Assembly (NCBI GenBank): GCA_963733035.1
Contig: CAVTBU010000007.1
Span: forward strand, 256,001-320,000
From: Pirellulales bacterium
GTDB lineage: Bacteria; Planctomycetota; Planctomycetia; Pirellulales; PALSA-1355
Length of the DNA stretch: 64,000 bases
Reading direction: 5' to 3'
Part shown: positions 19,437 to 30,200 of the stretch, piece after piece
How the letters are laid out: the number at the start of each line of letters is the position of its first letter
Numbering within the stretch: position 1 is the first letter of the stretch
The notes under the pieces: model-generated
Databases searched by the model: none
The model's input: only the letters and a program-made list of their open reading frames with translations
Told to the model about the DNA's origin: nothing
Position numbers and translations under genes: made by a program

Positions 19437-20627
19437 ATGTACCAGAACGCGTCCCAGATACTTGCGTCGCCACTGTTTGAACGCTTGCTGGCAATTCGCC
19501 GCGACCTGCACCAACATCCGGAGCTCAGTTGGCACGAGCGCCGCACGGCTGATCAAATCTGCCGCTTTCTTGACGAGTTGAAAGTCGGCTATCGTCGCGA
19601 CGTGGCCGGCACCGGCATCGTGGTCGATTTACCCGGCGCGGGTTCCGGTCCGCGCATTGCTTTGCGGGCAGACACCGATGCGCTGCCGGTCGTTGAAGAG
19701 ACAGGCGTGCCGTTTGCGTCACAGAATCCGGGCGTCATGCACGCCTGCGGCCACGATGCCCATACCACCATGTTGCTTGGCGCCGCCGCCTTATTGGCGG
19801 CCGACCGCGAACTGCCCGCACCGGTCCGGCTGATCTTTCAGCCCGCCGAGGAAATGGGGGCCGGCGCTCCGGCCATGATCGATGCCGGCGTGCTCGACGA
19901 CGTGGCGATGATCTTTGGCGGGCATGTCGACCGGCACTTCGACGTCGGCACGATCGCCGTGACCGACGGACGGGTGAACGCCTCGACCGACAGCTTCATG
20001 ATTCGCATCACGGGTCGCGGCGGACACGCGGCCCGACCTCACGAGACAGTTGATGCCGTGGTCGTCGGCTCGCTGTTGGTGATGGCGCTGCAGACAATCG
20101 TCTCGCGCGAGGTCAACCCTTCGTCTCCGTCGGTCGTGACGGTCGGCCGCTTTGAGGCCGGCACCGCCAACAACGTGATCGCTGGTCAGGCCGTGCTCGA
20201 AGGATCGATTCGCGCGCAAGATCCCATTGTCCGTGCGGCTCTGCAGCACTCGGTCGACCGCATTGCCCGCTCGATCGGCCAATTGCACGGCGCTACCGTC
20301 GAGTTCTCGATAGGGCAGGGGACGCCCCCCTTGATCAACCCGCCCGAGGCGGCGGCCATTGCGCGGCGGGCGGCCGCGGCCGCGGTCGGACTTGAGCGGG
20401 TCACCCGGATGGAAACCGCCAGCATGGGCGGTGAGGATTTCAGCTACTACCTCGAGCACGTGCCCGGTTGTTTCGTGCGCTTCGGCACGGCTCGCGCCGG
20501 CGTGCCACAGTATCCCGCGCACTCGGGCAAGTTCAACATCGACGAAGAGGCCTTGGCCGTCGGCGCGGCCTTCTTTCATGCCGTGGCCCGGACGGCGCCG
20601 CTGGCCGGTCCGGGCGAAGCACCGTAA
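19437..20627 (+). CDS. M20D amidohydrolase (hippurate hydrolase / AbgB-like)
   Basis: RRDLHQHPELS, LRADTDALP, MHACGHDAH, FQPAEE, GGHAARPH, GGEDF; starts 11 nt after ybdK. Confidence 0.93.
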   Translation: MYQNASQILASPLFERLLAIRRDLHQHPELSWHERRTADQICRFLDELKVGYRRDVAGTGIVVDLPGAGSGPRIALRADTDALPVVEETGVPFASQNPGVMHACGHDAHTTMLLGAAALLAADRELPAPVRLIFQPAEEMGAGAPAMIDAGVLDDVAMIFGGHVDRHFDVGTIAVTDGRVNASTDSFMIRITGRGGHAARPHETVDAVVVGSLLVMALQTIVSREVNPSSPSVVTVGRFEAGTANNVIAGQAVLEGSIRAQDPIVRAALQHSVDRIARSIGQLHGATVEFSIGQGTPPLINPPEAAAIARRAAAAAVGLERVTRMETASMGGEDFSYYLEHVPGCFVRFGTARAGVPQYPAHSGKFNIDEEALAVGAAFFHAVARTAPLAGPGEAP

Positions 20628-20766
20628 TTCGTCGGTCGCATTTGGCGTCACAGCGCGGCTGAAGTTGGCTGCGTGAAAAGGTGTCGGCTTCCACCGTTGG
20701 CGTCACGCACCCCTCGCGTCTGTGCTTGCCTCGCGGTCGCCGCGCAGAAAATTGCCGTCGATTTTC

Positions 20767-20807
20767 TTGACAGCTGTCGTCGACCTTAGTAGATTTAGTT
20801 TACTAAA
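20767..20807 (+). promoter_or_regulatory. sigma70-type promoter with overlapping inverted repeats (candidate BlaI operator)
   Basis: TTGACA (20767-20772), 17 nt spacer, TAGATT (20790-20795); dyads TTAGTA/TACTAA (20786-20791/20801-20806) and TTTAGT-TT-ACTAAA (20794-20807) cover the -10 and +1. Confidence 0.7.
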
Positions 20808-20863
20808 CGACAGGCCGCCGGCGGCTGCCTCTTGCGTTTGCCGGCTTTTTTAGGGAGGAATCC

Positions 20864-21235
20864 ATGTCCATTCGCCTAGGACGCGTGCAACTGCGAATCA
20901 TGCAGGTGCTCTGGGAACGCGGGCGGGTCACGGCCCGCGAAATCACCGAGGCCCTTAACGACGAGGCTCCTATCGCCCACAGCACCGTGCAAACGCTGCT
21001 GCGAAATCTGGAGGCCAAAGGAGCCTTGGGCCACCAGACCGAGGGCCGCACATTCATCTTCTTTCCACTCGTGCGCGAGGAGCAGATCGCCAAGAGCGTC
21101 ACGCGAGACCTACTCGATCGAGTGTTTGAAGGCCGCGTCAGCAACCTCGTTTCTTATCTGCTGAAAAACGAAAAGGTGTCCGCGGAAGAACTGAAGGAGT
21201 TGCGTCGGCTGATCAACGAGCAATCTCGCAAGTAA
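20864..21235 (+). CDS. BlaI/MecI/CopY-family transcriptional repressor
   Basis: LRIMQVLWERGRVTAREI...IAHSTVQTLLRNLEAKGAL...LLDRVFEGRVSNLVSYLL; GGGAGG RBS. Confidence 0.95.
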   Translation: MSIRLGRVQLRIMQVLWERGRVTAREITEALNDEAPIAHSTVQTLLRNLEAKGALGHQTEGRTFIFFPLVREEQIAKSVTRDLLDRVFEGRVSNLVSYLLKNEKVSAEELKELRRLINEQSRK

Positions 21236-21247
21236 GGAACCCCAACG

Positions 21248-24200
21248 ATGGGCGGCTTCACGCTGTGGGGCGGTGGACTGGATCTGGCGTCGTCGCTGGC
21301 CGAATTGGCCATGCAATGGCTCGCGCAATCAACACTGATCATTGCGGCGGGGCTCATCGTGGCCGCACTGCTTCGCAACCGCACGCCGGCACTGCGCTCG
21401 GTCGTTTATCACACCACGCTTGTCGCCGCACTCGCCTGCCCGGCCGTGGCTTACCTGTTATCGACGTTCGGTCTGACGTTCGTCGCTATCGAACTGCCCT
21501 CGCCGCGTGCCGAGCGGCTGGAAATCTACTACGAACCAGCAGCGCAACCCGAGGAACCGGCGCCGATCGTCGCTCAGCCGGTCGAGCTACGCGAGCCACA
21601 AGTGCCGCTCGACGCGTTGGAAACACCCGCCCTGGGCGAGTCCTTCGCGGGGCCGCCATCGGCGCTTGCCGAACCGACGCCGGGCCGGCAGGAGTTTCCC
21701 ACCGCGCCCGAGACCGAATCGCAAGAGGTAGCTGAGGATCCGCCCGCACTTTGGCAACCATCCGCGCCGATGGAAGCCAAAGTGCGGCGGGTCGTCAGCA
21801 CGCGCCCCGTCATCGCGGCCGTGCTGCTGGGCGTGCCAACGTTGTGGGGACTTGTGAGCCTCGTGCTGCTGGGTCGGCTGCTGGTCGATCATTGGCGGCT
21901 GGCGCGGTTGCGGCGCATGGCGGTGCCGGTTGACGACGTGACGCGGCAAGTTTGCCAGGAAGTTGCCCGGCGGATGAATGTTTCGCCGCCCCGTTTGCTG
22001 CACTCGCCGTTCGTGCGCAGCCCCTGTCTCTCGGGCATCTTCGTTCCGACAGTCCTACTCCCGGAAGACATTGTCGCCGAGGCGCTGCCGGCCGTGCTGG
22101 TTCACGAACTCGCGCACCGCAAGCGGGGCGATTGCGCCTGGAATCTGCTGCGGCACGTGGGCGTGGCGCTGTTGTGGGTGCAACCGCTTGTCTGGCGTCT
22201 CTCGCGGCAGATGGAGGCGGCAGCCGAAGACGTGTGCGACGATTACGTCGTCGAATTTGGCGAAAGCCGCACTGCCTACGCCGAAACACTCGTCTCGATT
22301 GCCCATCGCAATCTGCTGCCGGCATCCGGCGCCGCCGTCTCGCTGATTACGTTCCGCTCGATGCTCGGTCAGCGCGTGCAGCGCATCTTGGACCAATCCC
22401 GACGGCTCACTCTCACCGTCGGTCTGGCCGCGCTAATGCTGATCATTGTTGGTGGTGTGTCGGCGGCGCTGCTCGCGGGATTGCTGGGCCCGGCGGCACC
22501 GGCCGGTACTGCCGAAGCCGGCAAAATCGATGAGCCCGAGGAGGACGCATCGGCAGCCGGCGGCGAGAGGGGCAAGGATGAACAGCCGCGGCGGATTACC
22601 GGACGAGTCGTCACGCCGACCGGCGAGGCCGCCCCCGCGGCCGACGTGCTGCTGTTGGCGCGACGGCGAGAAAGCTTTGTCGGCGGACTGCTCGATCAGG
22701 CTTCCCAAATCGAGGTCCTCGCTCAGACAAAAGCAGACGCCGACGGGCGTTTCGACATTCCGGCCGAGAAGCTGGCGGAGGGTCCGTACTTGTGGGTGCA
22801 AATCCTGGCCAAATCACGTGGCTTCGGGCTGGCCTGGCAGGACGTAAACGCAGCCGCTGAGGCGCTTGAATTCTCACTCCAGTTGCCGGAAACTCGCGAC
22901 GCGCGCGGACGATTGGTTACCGCCGAGGGCCAACCCGCTGCGGGAATTCGCATCGTGGTCGATAAGATTGGCCACACTGAACCGGGCCGCTTCGAGGGCG
23001 TCCACTCGATGCGGGCGCAACTGCCGGCCGAAGTCTGGCCGCAAAACGTCATTACCGACGCGGATGGCCGGTTCACGGTTCCTGGCATTCCCACCGATGC
23101 CGATCTGAGCCTTCGCATCGATCAGGAACCCTTCGCGCCGCGCTGGTGGATGTGGCATTCCAAAGAACCGACCGAACACATTGAAGTGCTCGACCCTGCA
23201 CAAATCATCACGGGTGTTGTCGTCGAAGCGGACTCGGGAAGGCCGATCCCGTACGCCAACCTCACGGCATATCAGGACAAGACTCCCAACCGCAGCATGA
23301 CGGGTATCGGTGGGCGGGCCGACGCCAAGGGGCGATTCCGCTTAAACCCGTTTCCCGCATCCGCCTTCACCGTAAGCGCATTCGCTCCGCGGGGAGTGCC
23401 GTATCTGGCCCGCCAGTTCAAATTCGACTGGCCGGCCACTGAAACGGAGCACGAGATTCGTCTCGAAATGCCGCGCGGTGTGCTCGTCGAAGGACGGATC
23501 ACCGAGCAACGGTCGGGCGATCCGGTCGCCGGAGCGGGCGTTCGCTACGAACCTCGCCGCGACAACGAATTTGCCAACGACGACTTGATTTCAGGCTGGT
23601 CGGCCACCGTCGTCACCGACAACGATGGCCTTTACGCCATCGCCGTCCCGCGGGCGCCGGCTCGCTGCGAGTGCTTTGTCCAAACGACCAGTATGTCGTT
23701 CGCGAGACAACCTTCCAGTTCCTGTACGACGGTCGGGCAGGGGGCCGGCGGATGTATCCGCACGCGCTGAAGACATTCGATCTGACAGCCGATGCGCGCA
23801 CCCATCGGCTCGACATGCAGGTGACGCGCGGCGCGACGGTCGAGGCCGACGTGGTCGGTCCCGATGGCCAGGCGCCAGACACGCTGATCGTCGCCTACCA
23901 GGGCGTGGAAGCTCCGTACGACGACGACTTCGAAGGGGACGGCCGAGAAATCTTCAGCGGCCGACTGAAGATCGACAGCGTGCCGCCCGACGGCGACTTA
24001 AAGGTCTTTCTGCTCGACCCGGTGAAAAAGCACGGGCGGGTCGTCACGCTCCGCGGTCGAGAAGCGGAACGAACGAAACGGATCGAGTTGCTCCCATGCG
24101 GGTCGGCGAAGTATCGCATGGTCGATGCGCAGGGCAACCCTGTGCCCGGAGTCGACAATCTAGGGCAGCCGAACATGATCTTCCTGACAGGCACGTCGCT

Positions 24201-27200
24201 ATTCGACCGAGACCCCGACATGCCTCTGGCCGATGAGACCCACATTTCGAACTTCGACCGCCGCAACCACTGGGGCGCCATGTCGGGCGAAGGAGGATGG
24301 CTGACCTGCGAGGCTTTGATCCCCGGCGTCGAATACCAACTCTTTGGTGACGGACCAGACGGCAAACCGCAAGTCGAACGTTCGTTCCAAGTCGGGCCCG
24401 GTGAGCAGAAAACGCTTGCCGACTACGTGATCCGCGACCAGGAAGTTCTCGACCGCGCCGAGCGCAACCGCAAGAACCAACCCAACGAACAGCCCATCCT
24501 CGGCCTGCCGGTTACAAACATCCCGCCCCCCAACGACGACCTGGTGACCGTCCGCGGCACGGTGCTTGATCCGGACGGGAAACCGGTGGAAGGGGCGGAG
24601 GTTTCGGCGATTGCTTATCAGCAGCGGTTTCTCGAATTCCCTGAGCATCCTTTTAAGCCGCCCGCTGGCACGTCGCGCACCGATGCGACAGGGCATTTCG
24701 AAGTGTCGTTTCGCAAGTCGCAAAGCGACCGCGGATACGAAGGGGAGGAAATGTGGAATTCCACGACCATTATTGCAAGGCAGCCAGGATTCGGCGCCGC
24801 ATTTGGCACGTACGGCAGTTTCGAAGACGCGAACGCCGCAATGCTCCGGCTCGTCGCCGACCAACCAATACACGGCCGCATCGTCGACCTGGAGGGACGT
24901 CCCGTTGCCGGGGCAACTTTGGAGCTTGGCGGTGTCGGCGCTAATCGCGAGCAAGATCTCTCCCGCTGGATCTCTGCCGTGCGAGACGGCGTAGGCTACT
25001 ACAACAGTCAAGAGTTCGGGCGGCCGTCGGCCAGTCACATCGCCATGCGTGTGGTGCACCCCGACCCGATTCGCACCGACGCCGACGGCCGTTTCACAGT
25101 CACCGGTATTGGCGGCCAGCGGTATGCACTCTTCCGCTTCACGGCGCCGGGAATGGCAGTATCAAAAATTCACGTCGTGACCGTGCCGGTCGAACCGTTT
25201 CGTGTCGACTACGGTTCGGCAGGGTTCAAGCACATCGTCCCCTACTACGGCAGCGATTTTCAGTTTGCCGCCGAGCCGTCGCAGCCCATCGAAGGCGTCG
25301 TGCGCAATTCTAAGACGAAGCAACCACTGGCTGGAGCAACAGTGGTCCTCGACAAACTCGCGGGCACGATGCTTGCTGGGGTCAAGGCCGCGGAAACAGT
25401 CTCTGATGAACAGGGTCGCTACCGGCTCGACGGCATGCCGCGCGGCGAGGGCAATCGGATTCTCGTCCTGCCGCCCGAGGATAAGCCGTATTTTGCTCGA
25501 TACGTCGACGATGTTCCGATTTCGGAAGACTTCTCGCCCGTCACGCTTGATCTGGAAATTCAACGCGGACTTTGGATTACGGGACGCGTGAGCGAGCAGG
25601 AAACGGGACGGCCAATTCAACAGGCGCGTGTGTGGTACTACCCTTGGCCAAATAATCCGCACCTTGGTGAGCCAGGCAAGGATCCAAGTGACAAGCTGGC
25701 CGTCCGACAGGGTGAAGTGCGGACCGATGCCGATGGTCGTTATCGAGTCGTGGGCCTGCCGGGTCGCGGACTTGTGGCGGCCTGGTGCCCCAGCGAGCCG
25801 TACCCGCAAGGGCAGGGCGTGCCCGAGATCGCGGATCTGCCGTCTCCCGATGAGTTCTATGGGGTTGTCAACAGCAACGCACCGACAAACGACTTCCCGA
25901 CGATCGTTCGTGAGATTCACCCGTCCGACGACGACCATCAGCTCGAAGTTGATCTGCAAATCCAAGCGGGCCGCTCGCTCCCGATCCGCGTCGTTGATCC
26001 GGACGGTCAGCCATTGACCGAAGGGCTGATGATTCAGGGCCTTTGGCCCAAGGCAACGCGAAAGTTGGCCAGTGGAGCAGGCAGGCGCGAACGCGACAAT
26101 CCGGGCGTGAGTCACGTTCTGGGGCTCAAACCAAATGAACGCCGTTCGCTACTGCTGCACGACAAGAAACACCAGCTTGGCAAAGTTCTCGACGTTGGGC
26201 TGGCGGATCTCAACGGAGAGGCGCTCACCATCACGCTCGAACCATGTATAGTTGCGACCGGCCGCCTGCTGGATGCCGCCGGCGATCCGTTGCGCACCGC
26301 CAAAGTCCGCGCCAGCCCGTCTTCTGAACACGAATACGGCCACGAGCTTCCGTGGGTCTTCACCAATGACAATGGCGTTTTCGAATACACGCTCCTGCCC
26401 GGCTGCAAATACGGCATCAGTTGCGATGCCCCACAAGTCGACGGTCTAAAAAGCGTCGCCCGCGACCTGGAAGTCTCCCCCGGCGAAACCATCGACCTCG
26501 GCGAGTTCGACGTCACCAGCAAAGAAAGACCCGAGCCGAAGCGCACGCTGACCCAGACCGCAGCCAAACAGCCCGTAGGTGAGCAAACCACGAATGCGAA
26601 TCCGCTCGTCGTCCGCGGCACCGTGGTCGATCCAGACGGCAAGCCGGCGGCCAAAGCAACGGTCAAACTGATTCGATCGCACACCGTGAGCAAGTGGGTC
26701 AAGGAGGTTCCCAACGTGGAGACAGCGACGGACGCTGCCGGGCGATTCGAGCTCGTGGTGCCCAAGGTGCTCGTCGACGGCTGGCGGAACGGGCGGCCCT
26801 GGCCGCTGTTTGGAATAACCGTCAACGCGGCGGGCTTTGCAAAATCACATTTGCGAATGAATTCGGAACAAGAGACTCAAGACGCCGTCGTGCGCATGAC
26901 GCCGTTTGCGCCGCTGGAGGGCCGGATCGTCAACCTCGAAGGGCAGCCAGTGCCAGGCGTAAGCGTGCGGCTGCACCAGGTCGATACCACGGACAGTGGT
27001 GACCTGGAGCCTTGGCTGGCAGAGATTCGCAAAGGCACGCCGTCCAGCGAAGTCGACGAGAGCATTCGGCCGGGCTTCGGCTGGGGCGACGACGAGCTAC
27101 GGAAAGCCAATATGGCAGTCACCGACGCCGACGGTCGTTTCCGCTTGAGCCACGTCGGTCGGAATCACATCGCTCTGTTGAAGCTTTCCGGCGGCGGCAT

Positions 27201-30200
27201 TGCCGCCACAACGATCGAAGTGGCGAATACGCCGCTGGAGCCGATCTCACGCGGCGAACATCGTCGCAAAAGTGACTCACCGATGCTTTATGGATCGCCA
27301 CTTGAATACGCCGCGGAACCGGCGGCGCCAATCGTCGGCGTCGTCAGAAACGCGAAAACCGGCGAGCCCATTCCCGGTGTCAAAATTTCGAGCCGTCAAT
27401 ACGAAGGACTGAACCAATCCGGCTGGGGTTTGTTGGAGTCGACGAGCGACGAGCAGGGGCGCTACCGGCTGGAAGGAATGCCGCGAGGCACAGGCGACCG
27501 CATTGTCGTTCGCAGCACCGGTGAAGCTGCCTACCTGGTTCGCGAGTTCGAAGTGCCCCAGGGACAGGGACTGGAGCCCGTTGAGTTTGACATCGAGTTG
27601 CACCCGGGCGTGTGGATCGAAGGTCGAGTCAGCGATGCGGCAACCGGCAAGCCGGCGGCGGCCAAGGTCGTGTACCTCCCCTGGCATGACAACCGAAGCA
27701 TCGACGACCTGCCGGAGTTTCAGGGACTGGGCTTGATGGGTGTCGACCCGACCAACACCCCGAACACGGACGCCGATGGAAGGTTCAAACTGATCGGCAT
27801 CCCCGGGCGCGGTCTGCTCGAAGTGGTCTACACGGCCGAGCCGAAGTATCCGGTAGGGCAGGGGTTCGACAAGCTGCCCGAGCTGGCCGAAGCACCCGAA
27901 AAGTTCCAGCGACTGGCGCAACTCTACATGCCGCGTCCGGAGTACACGATTGCGGTGCAAGAGGTGAACATCGCCGACGAAGCCGAGCGTGTCGAAGCCA
28001 ATTTTGCGCTCGAGTCCGGTCAGACCGTCACGCTTTCCGCCGTCGACGCGAACGGCACACCGGTCGAGGTCACGCGCGCGACGGGCCTGGTCTCCGGTCA
28101 CTGGGTGCAAACGCACCGAGAACTCGGCAGCCAGATCGAGGTCGCCGGTTTGCTGCCCGGCAAGTCGCGCCCCGTATTGCTGTTGAACGCTGAACGCCGC
28201 TTGGGTGCCATGCTCAACTTGGACATCGGCAAAGACGGTGGCGATGCCCGCACTGTGACGCTCGTTCCCATGGCGACGATCGTCGGACGGCTTGTCGACG
28301 ACGCTGGAGACCCATTGCCGCGTCCAACCCCGCGCGACAACGTTCACCTGCAAACGACTGCCAACGGCCAGTTGCTGCGCGCGTTTGATGCATCGACCGA
28401 CGCAACCGGGCGTTTCGAGCTGCTTGCGATCGCCGGGCCGCCGGCCTACGACGTATTCGCGGAAGGCGCCAAGGGCCTGCTCGCCGAAAAGCTGGAAGTT
28501 GCCGCGGGCGAAACCATCGACCTAGGTACGATCGACGGCACCTCGAAACAGCGCCCACCCATCAAGCGCACGCCCGCTGCCGCAAGGGCCAAACCGCAGG
28601 CAGGTGAGCAGGTCGACCGTGCCAAACTCCTGGTCGTGCGCGGCACGGTGCTCGACCCAGACGGCAAGCCGGCCGCGGGGACCAATGTGCGATTGATAGG
28701 TGTTCCACATCCGGCCTGGCCGAAGCCGCGGCCCCGTATCGACCAGACGACCGGCGCCGACGGGCGTTTCGAGCTTGTGCTGCCGCCGAGCGTTGACGAC
28801 AAGGACGGAAAACCCTGGCCGGTGTACGGCCTCAAGACGACCGCCGACGGCTACGCCACTGACCTGTTCTGGTACGGCAAAGAACTGGAGGGCAAGGACG
28901 TCACGATTAAGCTCAAGCCGCAGGCGCCGATTGAAGGAAGGATCCTCAATCTCGAGGGGCAGCCGATTCCTGGAGTCCACGTGCATCTTGAGAGCATTAT
29001 GAGCAGTCGCACCGGGGATCTGTCCGCTTGGCTCGATGCGCTGCGGAAGAAGACGCCGAGGCAGGAGTGGCATCAAGACTGGCCACCCCATTTTGGCTTT
29101 GCCGAGGCAGAAGATGTTGCGCCGTACACCACGCAGACCGATGCCGACGGGCGCTTTTGGATGATGGGCGTGGGGCCGCACCAGCTCGCGCGATTGAGAA
29201 TCGGCGGCGGCGGGGTCGTCGCATCGCGAATCCAAGTTGCGAATGCATCCATCGAGCCGATCACGGTGGATGCCGCGGATAGCGTGCTGTACGGGCAAAT
29301 CCTCTTTGGCTCGCAATTCGAGTTTTTGGCTGAAGCATCGCAAGCCATCGTAGGCACGGTAAAGGATGCCGAAACAGGCGTACCGATCGCGGGCATCCGA
29401 GTCGCAAGCTGGCGGTTCGCAGGAACAAACTTTGTTGGCAATGAAGTGACTGAAACGGCCTCTGACGAAAAAGGACACTACCGACTCGAAGGCATGCCCC
29501 CCGGAAAAGGAAACGAGATAGTTGCCCACGCAACGACCGACCAACCCTACTTGACTCGCGAGCTTGAAGTGCCCGCTGGCCGCGGACTGGAGCCAGTCCA
29601 ATTCGATATTCAGTTGCATCGCGGTGTGATCGTTCGCGGTCAGGTGCGAGACGCCGTTACGCATGAGCCACAGCAGGGACGGCTAGTCTACTTGCCTTGG
29701 CCTACCAATCCGCGAATCGAGAACCTGCCGGAATTCACCGGCCGGCGGCTAATGGGAGACACGCAGCGTTGGAACATCAACAAGGACGGACACTTTACCG
29801 TCGTGGGGCTGCCCGGTCGCGGTTTGTTGGTTCTTACGACACTGATGAGTGAAAACTACCCGCGCGGACAAGGGTTCGACAAACTTCGCGAGCCGATCGT
29901 CACAAAAAGTTTCTCACAGATATCGCAGTTGTACGAGCCGAGCGCCGAGAACACGCCCGCAATTCTCGAACTGGATATCGCTGAAGACGCTCGGGAGGCG
30001 ACCGCAGACTTCGAACTCGTTCCTGGCGATACAATCTCGCTAACGGCCATTGATACGCAAGGACGGCCGATCGAAATCACGGAGGGGTTTGGCCTGCTAC
30101 CGGGAAGCTGGGGAACGCGCAAAGTTATTGGCCGTTCAACGGCGAATGTATTGGGGCTGCGAAAGCATGAGTCTCGCCAGGTAACGCTAGTCAACCTTGA

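Noticed and set aside
23640..23680. Programmed ribosomal frameshift producing short and long receptor forms
   Set aside because: No slippery heptamer; six similar indels occur in unrelated genes, so sequencing error is more parsimonious (not excluded without reads).
12920..23770. Beta-lactamase-like gene plus BlaI/BlaR1 as a bla resistance locus
   Set aside because: They are 7 kb and five genes apart, the M56 protein has no penicillin-binding sensor, and the hydrolase lacks a canonical omega-loop.
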